Source: Squalus acanthias
Taxonomy: Eukaryota
Direction: 5' to 3'
Length of the DNA stretch: 64,000 nucleotides
NCBI GenBank assembly: GCA_030390025.1
Contig: CM059445.1
Span: forward strand, 40,176,001 to 40,240,000
The notes under the pieces are model-generated. The model had not been told where the DNA came from. It did not search any database and saw only the letters and a program-made list of their open reading frames with translations. The position numbers and the translations under genes are program-made. This document shows, piece by piece, positions 37,312-50,039 of the stretch. Each line of letters opens with the position of its first letter. Within the stretch, counting starts at the first letter, position 1.

Positions 37312-39064
37312 TAGTCATTACAGGAATTAAGTAGATGTGCCGTCTGTGGGCTTCATGTCAAAACAAAATAAAATGTTTTTTATTACTTCTAAACTCTGAA
37401 AAGCCTGCCCTGCTTTGAAAGCCAATTTGTGTTCAAGGTAATCTGCTTACACAATGACCACTGTACTCTAAACTTGCAAACTTATATTTTCCTTCATTTA
37501 GCAAGTCCATGGATAAGTGAGTCTATGCCAGACAGCATGGATGCAATACGATGAAGCTGATGTATTTACATAAATTAGATCACTTCATTTTTGTTTGCAC
37601 GTACAACAAAGGATCTCCCAATCTTTTAATTATGAACAGTACCTTTTTCAGAGGCTGAAGTTCACTGGTTTCATAGAACTCAAACAAGTACGGCAGCTGT
37701 TAGCCTCCCAGGCAATGCTGGCATTTAGTAATACTGGATGTTGAGAAGCTGTGTATCTACTGAAAAAGTCATCACATTCAAGCAAAATGAATGAAGCCAT
37801 AAGCCTTACAAGTTTATTTATCAACCATTAAAAAGTGTGCCAGAATCCTGATCTCCCCAAATATGAAACTGCTCTCTTCAAATAAGAAGCAGTGGGTGCA
37901 GCACCATGGCCCCAATCGCCACACAGTTCATTCTATACCCGGGTGCAATACACTGCTGGATAATAGCCATGGTATCATATACATGGAACTCTATCTGATT
38001 TTAAAGTGGACGGTCATTGAGACTTAAGCTGTGGTTACTGCAAGCCCTCCCTTGCAGGAGATGAAAGAAGACTACATAGATTTGCTTCCAGATAGCAGGA
38101 CTTTCTTCGAACCACCCCCGCAGCCCCCCCCCTGCCCCCCCGCCGCCATCCCCACCCCGAGACTGTAATAATTTTTTATTCAAAATTTCACAAGAAAACT
38201 TGCTTAGGTAATCAATGTAGTTATGACAATGAATGACTTCATTTAGTTTGGTTGATGTTGGCCAAGTTTGGTTCCCTCAGTCTGATTATACGTCTGACTC
38301 TTAAAATATGCATTGATAGAATTTAAGTTCAAATAAAATGCAGAGACTTGTCTTGGAAGAAAATGATTGTGCCATGTTTATTCTGTACATTTATTAGCAG
38401 AGGCATCCCGTGAAGTTAATTCTGAACCATCTTTTTATTGAATGCTTTTCAATCATGGTATAAGCAAAAAAATAAAAAACACAGCTATTAGCATTCTGGG
38501 ACAAAGCTGACCATTTTTGTATCACTTGCTGTTTCACATTCCTTAAGCTGTTGTCCACCACCTGGTAACATCTTAATTTTAAGCAGGAAGAGGAACTTCT
38601 CTTAATCTCCACTTGGATTGTTTCCTCAAAACTGAAAATTCTCCTCTCAGAATATGGTTGAAAAGCATTCCTGCTCCTCTTGACGCCACAACAATAATTT
38701 AAAACTTATCTTTCCAGGACCGCTTTGACTTTATCAACTGAGAAACTGATTGGAGGGTGTGTGGTGCAGGCTCTGGCCAGTCCTATCCTAAATTAGCAAT
38801 CAGCGTCCTATGTGCGCCATAGGAACCTGATTTCCAAATTAAAAGGGGTCCACTGCCTGGAACAGGCAGACACTTTGGCCGCCCAACAATAGGCCCCACT
38901 AAAGTGGCAGTGGGCTGATTATTGGTGTTAACAGGGTGGTCAGCCCACTGACTCCACTTGGAGGCCTTTACCGCCCCGTTAATGCCAATTTTGGCAAGTT
39001 AAAATCGAGCCTAATACTGTTTTCACAGACTAAAAGGCTTTCCAACATAATGGGTGTGGATTAT

Positions 39065-41200
39065 TTTCTTTAATTCATTTTCAGGATGTGGGTGTCACTG
39101 GCAAGGCCAGCATTTATTGGCCATCCCTAGTTGCCCTTGAGAAGGTGATGGTGTGCTTTCTTCTTGAACTGCCGCAGTCCATGTGGTGAAGGAATTCCTA
39201 CAATGTTAGGTAGGGAGTTCCAGGAATTTGACCCAGCGACATTGAAGGAACAGGGATATATGTCTAAGTTGGGATGGTGGGGGATTTGGAGGGGAACTTG
39301 GAGGTGATGGTATTCAAATGCACCTGCTGCCATTGTCCTTTTTGGAGATGTTTGGGAGGTACTCCAAAGGAGCCTTGGTGAGTTACTTTAGTGCATCCTA
39401 CAGATAGTACACACTGCAGCCAGTGGATGGGGTGTTGATCAAGCGGACTGCTTTGTCCTGGATAGTGTTGAGTTTCTTGAATATCGTTGGAGCTGCACCC
39501 ATCCAGCAAATGGAAAGTATTCCATCACACTCCTGACTTGTGCCTTGTCTGTGGTAGAGAGGCTTTGGGGAGTCAGGAGGTGAGCCAATTTCCGCAGTGT
39601 ACCCAGCCTCTGGCCCCCAGAATGTTGATGGTGAGGGACTCGACAATGGTACTGCCCTTGAGTGTTAAGGGTACAATTCTGCAGCTGCTCATTACCAACA
39701 GCACTTCATGGATGCCCAGTTTTGAGCTGCTAGATACATTCTTAATCTATCCCACTTAGAATGGTGATAGTGTCACATGATATGATGGAGGGTGTCCTCA
39801 GTGTAAAGACAAGATTTGGTTTCCATGATGACTGTGCGGTGCTCACTCCAGCAATACTGGCCAGATGTATCTGTGACAGGTAGATTGGTGAGGATGAGAT
39901 TAAGTCAGTTTTTCCCTCGTATTGGTTCTCTCACCACCTGCTGCAAGCCCAGTCTGGCAGCTATGTCCTTCAGGACTTGGCCAGTTTGGTCAGTGGTGGT
40001 ACTGCACTCACTCGGAGGTCGAACTCCAAACCATCGTCAACACCTTCTCCGAAGCATACGCTAAACATCCGTAAGACAAAGGTCCTCTACCAACCTGCCC
40101 CTGCCACACAGTACTGCCCCCCGATTATCAAAATCCACGACAAGGCCTTGGACAACGTGAACCACTTTTCATAACTCGGAAGCCTACTGTCAACAAGGGC
40201 AGACGTCGATGACGAAGTCCAACACCGCCTTCAGTGTGCCAGTGCAGCTTTCGGTCGCCTGAGGAAGAGAGTGTTTGAAGACCAGGACCTCAAACCCGGC
40301 ACTAAGCTCATTGTCTACAGAGCAGCAGTGATACCCGCCCTGCTGTATGCCTCAGAGACATGGACCATGTACAGCAGGCACCTCAAAGCACTGGAGAGGT
40401 ACCACCAACGCTGCCTCCACAAGATCCTGCAAACCCATTGGCAGGATAGGCGCACCAACATCAGTGTTCTCGCTCAGGCCAACATCCCCAGCATCGAAGC
40501 TTTGACCGCGCTCGATCAGCTCCGATGGACGGGTCACATTGTCCGCATGTCCGATACGAGACTCCCAAAACAAGCGCTCTACTCGAGCTCAGCACGGCAA
40601 GAGAGCCCCAGGTGGGCAGAGGAAACGCTTCAAGGACACCCTCAAAGCCTCCTTGAAAAAGTGCAACATCCCCACCGACACCTGGAAATCCCTGGCCCAA
40701 GACCGCACAAAGTGGAGGAGAAGCATCCGGGAAGGCGCCGAACACCTCGAGTCTCTTCGCCGGGAGCAAGCGGAAGCCAAGCTCAATGAGCGCACGTCAA
40801 CCCAAGCACCCCACCCACCTGCCCCTTCAACCACCGTCTGCCCCACCTGTGACAGAGACTGTAGGTCCCGCATTGGACTCATCAGTCACCTGAGAACTCA
40901 TTTTTAATGTGGAAGCAAGTCATCCTCGGTTCCGAGGGACTGCCTAAGAAGAAGAAGGGTACTACCGAGCCACACGTGGTGATGGACATTGAAGTCCCCC
41001 ACCCAGAGTACATTCTGAGCCCTTGCTATCCTTGTATGCTTGTTTCCTCCAAGTGGTCTTCAACATGGAAGACTACTGATTTATCAGCTGAGGGAGGGCG
41101 GTCTGTGATAATCAGCAGTTGGTTTCCTTGCCCATGCTTTACCTGAAGCCTTGAGATTTCATGGGGTCTGAAGTCATCGTTGAGCACTCCCAGAGCCACA
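39065..41200 (-). mobile_element. Degenerate, internally deleted non-LTR retrotransposon (second LINE family), interrupted by RTE
   Basis: WMGAAPTIFKKLNTIQDKAVRLI and SWNSLPNIVG on the minus strand; endonuclease-like remnants near 40960-41200. Confidence 0.75.
40004..40957 (+). mobile_element. RTE-clade LINE 3' fragment with frameshifts
   Basis: Same family as 1-953; flanked by ggtact on both sides (putative TSD). Confidence 0.92.
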
Positions 41201-41434
41201 TTGCTTTAAAAAAACATTAAAAGTAACTCTTTTTTTTCTAAATCTGTTCAGTGGAAATATTATCAAAAAAATCGTGAAGCATGACAGCACGAAAGATAAC
41301 AGTAAATTTGTAGTAATGTATGTAAATGTCACTGTTTCTTCTGAAATAGTTATACCTCCTCAGAATATAGGAACTATCAAAGAGCCACATTTCCTGTACT
41401 AAAGGTTGCCATAAAACCTGACCTGATAACATCA

Positions 41435-43397
41435 CTTAACAATGACTCAGAGGGTAGTAAATCTATGGAATTTGCTACCTCAGAGAGCTGTGGAAGCTGC
41501 GACATTAAATAAATGTAAAACGGAGATAGACAGTTTCCTAGCTGATAAGGGAATTAACGTTTATGGGGAGCGGGCAGGGAAGTGGACATGAGTCTAGGTT
41601 CGGATCAGCCATGATCCTATTGAATGGCGGAGCAGGCCCAAAGGGTCGTATGGCCTACTCCTGCTCCTACTTGTAAAGTTTCGCAATTATCGCGATTCAA
41701 AATAACAAGATAGAAGCAGATTCGTTTGATCAGTTTTATTAAACGAAATGCTGTCATGATATAAAGGACACAGAAGCCTGTAAAATGGCCGCCGCGCATC
41801 GTGGCAGAAGCTTCCAGAATCACAGTGGGCAGACAAGATGGCGGTCGAATAAACATTCAATATAAGATTGGATCATACTCGATAAACACTGATAAAGACA
41901 GGATGCAACCTGTTTGCATTTTTGACAATAGCAAAGATATAAGTGCTGGAATCGTTTTCCATGCACAAGTAAGGTTCATTGTACTGGGCAATCGAAGGCC
42001 CATCCAGACACATCAATACACAAATACCCCCACGGCTCTACAATGAGAGAGACATCGACGGGTGATTAAGTAAGTATTCGGGGGCCCCAAAAACCAGTCA
42101 GGGAGACGATTCATACAATCCTGGCTGGGGCAACAATGGGGAAAACATTAACGGATAGTTGGCCAGTTTCAGGTGCTACCGAAACCCGTTAAAAGGATAA
42201 TCGCCCCATGCTGGGAGTTTTGAGCGCCAATATTTCACAAAGGACAAACATTAAGATTTGAGCGGGAGATAAGGGAACACAGCACTATAACTATAGTGCA
42301 TGATGTGGAGACTATAGTGAGCAAATGTCCATCGCTCTCTTATTTGCTTGAATCGACTCTTATTCTCTCATCCTGACCCTCGGGTATCGCTCTGCTGGAC
42401 GAGCAGCCTTTGTGTCTTCTCCGGACTCTGTTGACTCTTGACTTTTAGCCGTACGGGTCGGCTATTCGAATGTTGGGTGGAGCTCAATCGGAACGAGCCG
42501 CCTCGACAAGGGCAAGTGACCGGGTGCACCATCCCGAGAGTCGGTAAACGGTGTCTGGACCCGAAGGCCCGAAGAGACAAGACAAAATGACAAGAAAAGA
42601 AGAAGAATCCACGTGCCGCCACGGTCAGTAAACCCCGACCGCGCCTGAAAATATAAATACAGAACTCATTTCTTGAATTCTACGGGTTACTGCACGAACC
42701 GGTTTGGGTCCATCGACTTCTTCATGACAACAGGAAGACTTTTCTTTGAGTTCTACAACCGTGCCCGAGTTCTGTCGAGTTCTTCATGACAACAGGGAGC
42801 CTGGCCTGCTTGTCGCAGCAGCGAAGATAAACAAGTGGGGTGCAGAACCCCTCCAAACACGTGACAGTCAGGCGCTGCAGCGAAACGAGCCGAGTGCCTC
42901 ACTTTAAAATTCTCCGAAGTAACACGAGTGGTGAGCATGTTTCCCGATCCTACAAATCTAGACGTAGTGTAGGTATTGATAAGGGAGGGTGGTTTTATTA
43001 AGGATAAAGTATAATGTGTTCCCCTTTTTACGATGTGCCGTGCGTTCTTCATTACCATAGACCAAGCTTTATGAATGTATGTATACTTGTACTCTCGTTA
43101 ATTTGCGCCTATGACATGTACTTCATGATTTTGGACGCTATGCAATAAAGATTTCCATTTCGTACTATTCAACCGGGTCTATCTGAGTTTTCTCTGCATT
43201 ACTGCTTCTGCACCTAAGTCCAGTGTTAGAACCGTAAGGGTGAGTGGGTCGAACCACTCACAGGTGCTTATTGCAATAAGGCTGGCCGGAGACCAGAGCA
43301 AGCAATAGTATTAGGCAACGAAGGCCTAACCTCGCACCAGCACCGTCTGAGACACAGACACGAAACCCTTACAACTTCTTATGTTCTTATGTTCTTA
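41435..43397 (+). mobile_element. CR1 3' end (41435-41671 and 43374-43397) split by the LTR-like insertion
   Basis: ...ggcctactcctgctcctact | insert | acttcttatgttcttatgttctta restores a normal CR1 tail. Confidence 0.85.
41672..43373 (+). mobile_element. 1.7-kb solo-LTR-like element
   Basis: TG...CA ends with short inverted repeats TGTAAAGTTTCG / CGAAACCCTTACA; TATA-like tataaata at ~42652; AATAAA at ~43144; no recognisable coding sequence. Confidence 0.75.
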
Positions 43398-43958
43398 CAT
43401 GGAATTCACTGCTGAAGGCTCTCCTGTTCCCTGCTCCACCGCACTCCCCTCCCACCACCCACCCCCCTTCACCTTCCCTCTATTTCTGATGGCTTCAGAA
43501 GGCCTTATGAATTCGGGCAAGCCTGCCTGAGATATATGTCACATCCAATAACAAAGGAAATCAAATATGTATCTCTCATGATTGTATCAGGTTGTCAGAC
43601 ATCCCCAGGATAGCAAACGCAAAATAGGTTTGTTGGCCATTGTAACCTCTTCCACACATTAAAGTTTATGGGGTAGAAATTGGACCTCGTTGCACTCATT
43701 TTACGGGTGTAAAATGGACGTAACAAAAGTCAATTTTGGGGACTAATGTCCGACCCTATATTGGGTGGGGCAATTTTTCAGGGGTCCCTGGTGTTAGGCC
43801 CCTTACATATATCTCCTCTCTAGAATCAACGGGCCGAGTGGCCTCCTTCTGTGCTGTAACCAGTCTATGATTCCACTTAATTTTTTGGCATTGGAAATGA
43901 ACTAAAATAACATTAAATCAGCAGGATGAGCCTGTGCTTATCATTGAGGAATAAAACA

Positions 43959-43964
43959 TTTATT
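43959..43964 (-). promoter_or_regulatory. Candidate polyadenylation signal of gene B
   Basis: AATAAA on the minus strand, ~315 nt after the stop. Confidence 0.45.
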
Positions 43965-44278
43965 TTTTGCACTATAGCACCTTTAGCTGAGAGTACAGTG
44001 CCACGAGAAGAGCATTTGCAGTTTTTAGAGGGAAACTTTGTTTTGTCAAAAGGTTGGGGTTGGCGAGTGGTCTTTAGCAATATGTTAGATAAGCCAAGAA
44101 AATAAAATCCACTTGTTCCTTGCATAAATACCGTTTTTTTAGAAAAGGGTAAGGTACACATGGGACATGAGTCTCTGAAAGGGGGCATAAACAAAAAAAG
44201 AGCCTCTGGTCTAAATGGTACTTTGTAAAAATGATTAACAGCTTGTGGATGAGACCCCCCGCCCCACCCTCCAGGTGC

Positions 44279-44378
44279 TCAGAATTCTGTTGTTGTTATT
44301 TTGTCCTTATGGGCATCAACATCTTCGACTGTGGCACTTTCGACCAATCTCCCTTGGTTCTCGTGTTGCTTTGAATTC
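44279..44378 (-). CDS. Gene B exon 7 (last): cytoplasmic tail RNSKQHENQGRLVESATVEDVDAHKDKITTTEF*
   Basis: Acceptor catttcttttctcattag|, phase 2 matching the 25-nt microexon; open for 32 codons to TGA. Confidence 0.75.
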
Positions 44379-44935
44379 CTAATGAGAAAAGAAATGCCAA
44401 AGCTGTGAGGGATGATTCTATCATTCTGCTGCAGTGAAGCTTAGTCAAGATCGACCTAAGAACATAAAGCACAGAATGAGCAAGGTAATTTAATCTATCG
44501 AATCAGCTTCTTCCACAGACATAGCACAACCTACCCTGCCATTGATTCCACCTAATCCATTTCATCTTTACTGCGGCACCGATGACTTATTTCACCATGA
44601 TTAGCTGCCAATTCTGCTCACGCGGTAACTCGAGCTTTCATGTCAAAGGATGATTCGCTGTCTTTGACTTGTCCACATTTTGGTAAAAAAGTTCTCGGAC
44701 TAGATTGGCTGAAAAAATGGCTTTATGACAATCCAACCAAGTTATTTAATTAACTGTCAAATCCTCACAGAGGTCTGGTAGATTTAAGAATGAATTATTG
44801 CTTCTAAAACAATGATGCTTATTACGTCTGCCTCTGCGTTATAACGAGAAGCTGAATGGTCTGTGCTCTGAGGGGAATGAAATGAATATTATTTGTGGTG
44901 GTACATCTGAGAGCAGATAATTGTTTGGATTTTGT

Positions 44936-45686
44936 GGGGGAAAAATTCAGCTGCTTGCGCCTCCCGTTAGCGCCCTAAGAGGGCGCTAATGGGGCGTAAA
45001 GCAGCTAACGCCCGGGCGCAGCGCCGCCCACGCCTCCCGCAAAATTCAGTGGGAGGTTAGCGGCGGCGCCAGCCGGTAGCGCCCTGTGGCGCTGCGCCAC
45101 CGGCGATGACGTAATCGCCGTGCGCAGCACCCCGCTCGCGCTCCAGCCGCGATCTTCAGTCGCGCCCCCTGATTTACCGCCAGACGCTATGTCCGACGGG
45201 TTCAGGGAGGCGTATGTGCGGCCGGGGCGGCGATATTTAAAGGGGAGGTGGCAGGCAGCCATTTTTGTTGCTGGCCGCCTGCCAGCACCTGCCCCCGTTG
45301 CTGTCCCCGGCCCCCGTGAAGCCCCCCCACCGTGAAGTGCCGGCTGCGCTCCAAGAGCCCGGCACTTCTCTTGAGTGCCGGGCTCTTTTGCCGGCACTCC
45401 CGATCCCTGGGGGCCCAGCTGGGCCCCGGTTCGCGCTGCGCAGGGTCCCTCCCCTTTAAGAAGGGGAGGAAGGCCTGCAATATCCTGGCGCTGCGGCACG
45501 TAGCGCCAGGATATTCCCTCGCAGCGCCCCAAGAGGGATGCGGGGTGCTTCCAGTGGCGCCCCGCTTCCCTCTTGGGGCGCAACCACTGAAGTTCCGGCG
45601 CGGGGCTGCTAATTTTTTCGGGGCACTAAAAGTAGCGCCCCGGCGAGGTTAGCGCCCCAAATGGGGCGCGACTCAATTTTTAGCCC
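44936..45686. mobile_element. GC-rich MITE (Harbinger-like) with internal hairpins
   Basis: Ends gggggaaaaatt ... aatttttagccc, flanked by tgt/tgt; related to 55929-56692. Confidence 0.75.
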
Positions 45687-45994
45687 TGTGTGTCTTATGC
45701 TACAGTCTCCAGTGATGCTGTTGATTAGGTTTTCTTCTTGCACTCTGTATTGTGCTTTGTTAGTGTGAAGTTCCAGTAAGGAGTCACATCCCAAATGTAT
45801 CATTTGTAATTTATATATACTGGGTAACACCTCTAAGTGCACTTGTCCTGTGTTCATGTCTTGTCTTGTCTCGGTTGAGTCGGCATACGCAGTCTAGGTG
45901 TATTCTGCCGACTTTGTAAGAGATTGGCTAGGACACCGGGGATAACTCCCCTGCTCTTCTTCAAAATCGTGCCATAGGATCTTTTACATCCACC

Positions 45995-46695
45995 GTGCAC
46001 TATCGCCCTTCAAGCCTTTTGATCTCTCTGCAGCCTCTGTCATGATCAATCACATCATCTCCTTCAATACCTCTCCTACCTTATCTAGCTCAGTGGGACT
46101 GCCCTCGCTTGGTTCCACTCTTACCTATTCAATCTCTAGGTAGAGCATCTCCAGTAATGGCTTCTCTTCCAGCCCTTTAACTGTTCCTTCCTGTTCCTTC
46201 CAAGGATCTATCCTTGACCCCATCTCCTTCCTCATTTGCACACCATCTGAAGACATGCAGTCAGCTTCCACATGCACACTGATGACACACAGCTCCACCA
46301 TCTGTCTCGAACCCTCCATTGCCTCTGTGTTGTCAAACTGCATATCTGACATTCAGTCTAATTAGGAACAAAGCCATAATCTTCGGCCCCACTACAAACT
46401 CTGCACCAGATTCAATGCCCCTTCATGACAACTGTCTCAGTTTGAACCAGACTGTTTGCAACCTTGGCTTCCTATTCGACCCAAAGCTGAGCTTCAAACC
46501 CCATATCCTCTCCATCATAAAGACTGCCTAAATTCCATCTCCATAACATCGCCCGCCTCTGCCCCTGCCTTAACCCATCATCTGATAAAACTCACATCCC
46601 AGCCTTTGTTACTTCCAGACTGGACTATTGCGATACTCTCCTGGCTGGCCCCCCATGCTTCACTCTGTGGAAACTTCAGTTCATCCAAACTCTGA
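45995..46695 (+). mobile_element. L2 LINE RT remnant
   Basis: Degenerate QGSILDP; VCNLGFLFDPKLSFKPHILSIIKTA; FVTSRLDYC. Confidence 0.75.
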
Positions 46696-46906
46696 TGTCT
46701 AGCAAAGTGCAAAAGGAAGCCAGGCTGTGGAGACAGCCACTGGTCATTCAGAGTCTGAGGTTTACAACTTCCTGAACTGTACACTGCAATGATAAAGGTT
46801 TGTTGCTTGGTGCTTGTATGTGTGCATGTTATTTGGTGCAAATTATGTCACAGTTGTTTAATCTATCATTTATACTGAAAGAGTAACAGGTTCGGTTGTG
46901 ACTTAC

Positions 46907-46931
46907 CTACAGTTGCAAGGGCTGTCCCGAT
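46907..46931 (-). CDS. Gene B exon 6: 25-nt cytoplasmic microexon DRDSPCNC(R)
   Basis: Near-consensus sites attcttctcattccacag| and AG|gtaagt; phase 1 to phase 2. Confidence 0.75.
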
Positions 46932-48022
46932 CTGTGGAATGAGAAGAATTATGTATTATTAAGAAAATTCTGCACTCTTTATATGCTTCATTATTGTGGC
47001 ATTTGGGAGGTTATTTCTTAAAGGTCCGTTTGATTATTATTGCATTGCAAGCCCTATTTTATACACTTCTGGTTATCGTTTCTGCATTGTCTTGATGCAT
47101 CAGTTGTTGCTGGTGTTTGGTGTTTTTTTGTTTGCTTTGCAACACTGTTGCTGCAGAATCCTTTGCCCACCACACTCTTGCTGATTGCTACTATTTTACA
47201 GGCAGTGTGCTCATTTTTCAGCATGAGAATTCCTTTTCGGAATTCCTATGGTGCTCCTAGATTTAGAAGAGGAAGCTAAGAAAATCAGGCATACTTTCAC
47301 CTGAGGCATTTGGTCCATTCTTGTCCTTGTTGCAGGAGCTACATGTTCAGGTCTTGGCAAACCTATCTACCTTTATTGTCTATAATTCACGATAGAGACT
47401 ATGACTGAATTATGCGGTCTTCTTGACCAGGACCTCCACACACAGGGACAGCTCTGTCGGGCATTGAAATGCAAAGCTACCATATCCTTCCAAGCCACCA
47501 CTTGATACTACAGTCCGGATGAAATCTCAGATTTCTTTAATGAAATAAATTGGCTTACTACATGTAAGCACATCTCTTAACCACCTCCACAATGACTGTG
47601 CATTGCTAAAAATTTTCAGAAATGTGTATTTTTTTCCCCAGCTTAAGCCCCTGTATTTCAGAACAAATTGAACATCTACACCTTTCTATTAATATTTATG
47701 TTTACAACCATCCTTTTAAATGACCATTTCATTTGATGCAGAGATTCAGCACTGAATAGCATGCTCATCCATCATCTGTGACATGCTATCTCTGCGACAC
47801 TTCATTTACTACATCTTGCAACCACTCTATACAACTGTAATAATGGTGTTGACTATCATTTTCCCATGACCAATCCTTATTGAGCAGGTTTGATGGCTTG
47901 ATTTTTTTGCTCATTCCAAATTCTCTTAACTAAACCAAATCACATCTAGTGGTGAATGAGTTAATGCCTATTAAGACTGTCACTTCACATTTGTGCTTCT
48001 CGTCAGCTATTGGTTAATTTAC

Positions 48023-48106
48023 CTTTCCATTTAATGCCCCAGATCAGTAATAAAATTACAGACACCGCAAAGATTGGCACTGATACAGATCGGACAGGAA
48101 AACTAC
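48023..48106 (-). CDS. Gene B exon 5: transmembrane SSFPVRSVSVPIFAVSVILLLIWGIKWK
   Basis: Acceptor ttttctgttccttcacag| and donor AAG|gtaaat; 84 nt, phase 1/1; hydrophobic run followed by a KWK stop-transfer. Confidence 0.85.
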
Positions 48107-50039
48107 CTGTGAAGGAACAGAAAAGTAGTTTGAGTTTCTCATGATCTGCTTCAGTGTAAAAAAATGGTGACAAATACTAGCTAAATTGCATTCCTGGTGA
48201 ACTGACTCAATATAGTAATATCTTCAAGATTTGTGAATTAAATTTCATTTTCTCCATTAGTGCCAGTGCAGGATCTCCGTCCCACTGTGCAGGAGGTAGG
48301 AATAGGTCAGTCCCGATTTCTACAATTCAGTAGGTCTTAGCCACGTAATATTACTATTTTAAGCTTAGTACAAACATCAGACCTGCATTACAGATAAAGT
48401 TATATTCACCAACACTGCTAATCTATCTGTATTTGAGTTGCTTTCCATCAATCCAGCTATTTTTTTTCAAGAATGATTGATATGCTGAAATATTGACTTC
48501 AGCCCTCGTGACATTTGTGCCTGGTGATCTAGGGCATGTTTATATACATATTCTAGAATCTTGGATATGATACACACTTCCATACATGTTGAATCACACT
48601 TTTAATATCAGCATTTAACATTGAAAATCCATAGGAAATATTTACTGTATAATGGAAGTCAACATTTATAATGGCAAAACTTGACCTAAATATAAACAAT
48701 TCACCATTAACAATTTGTCGTGAACCAATCAAATCATTCAAAATGCTTTTGAAAATAATTTCATCCACTTTTTTCCCCTCTGTAACTAAAATTTCTAATG
48801 TCCAAAATAAAGTTTTAAAGAAAAGAAATTAAAATTACATATTTCACAATAACATAATTAACTTTACCCACTAAGTTAACTTTTGATATCTTATTTGAAT
48901 TTTTCCTTCAAGGCCTGGGAATCAATGAGACTTTTTTAAATTTTACCTCACACCTGATGGAAACATTTTCAACCGCATCTGTGCATTTTGAGCATGTGCA
49001 GTTGGCAGAATTGTCGAACATGCAATCTGTGCATCAAGATGAGTTGATGCCCCTAATTTTGTCAGGATTTTAGAGATTGTACATTAACTTGTAGGTAAGT
49101 TATGTTTTTGAGAACACAAGCAAAGTTAGTGCTGTTGAGAGAGAAGAAGGATTAAATACTACGATGGCAGAGATGAATTATACTGAGATCTCTGAGGCCA
49201 GCACAAGCAGCTCAAAGAGAGATGAGACCACAAACTCTACTACGTTGATTTGAAAGAACAAGTTTGGAAAAGATGAAGGAATATTGCTAATGTTGTTAAA
49301 CTGCGAGCTTATCAGCAATGAACTGAATTAGCTAGTCTTAATATATCCGACATACTAACTATTCAAAGCTGTTAACTTGGCAGCTATATATGAAATCTAG
49401 CCTAAAGAAACCTTGCTGTATGTTAATCTTGGACCTTAAGTGTAATATCAACTTCTAATAAGTAGAGCCCAACTTATATTGATTTACTGTGATCCATTCA
49501 AACTGCTGTTGTAACCTCACATACTAATTGTCAGTTAATAACATCTACTCAAGTACCTTGTGTACTCATAATGTTTAACATTAAAATGCTGCTAATTGTA
49601 TTATCATAAGTATATTAATAATGAATTGTTAGTTCATGATTTCATTGCCTAACTTTCTCTTTTTGAGGTTATCTCCTTCCGTCAGTAGTGTACTGGCCCT
49701 CTGAAAGATGGTAATCCTCTAGATATGGATGGTAAATCACCAGATGATTTTTTTTGATGGGGAATTAAGGTGAAGAAGTTAAGGAGTCATCTGGTCCTTT
49801 TCTTAGGTACTATATCTTGCATGGTTTATGGCCTTACTGATCACAGAGTTAATTTTCCTACAGGTCTGTATACTGGAGAATTAAATCATCTTAGTTTGAC
49901 ATGTGAAAAGGCATTAGAAAGACAAAAGATGAGTTAATGTTTTAACTTTATAATAAATTAATCTTGTTTCAGTTTGTTCTACACTAAGAATTCATAATGA
50001 AGAAACATTCCCTTTTGCAGGTAGCATCATTGCACTTAC

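Noticed and set aside
45005-45652. Overlapping GC-rich ORFs or a CpG-island promoter (also 56062-56535)
   Set aside because: They lie inside TIR-bounded MITEs; stop-codon scarcity follows from the GC content.
47301-47362. Possible extra cytoplasmic exon GLPRPEHVAPATRTRMDQMPQ
   Set aside because: Purine-rich acceptor, and its phase-0 end does not fit the microexon and last exon frame.
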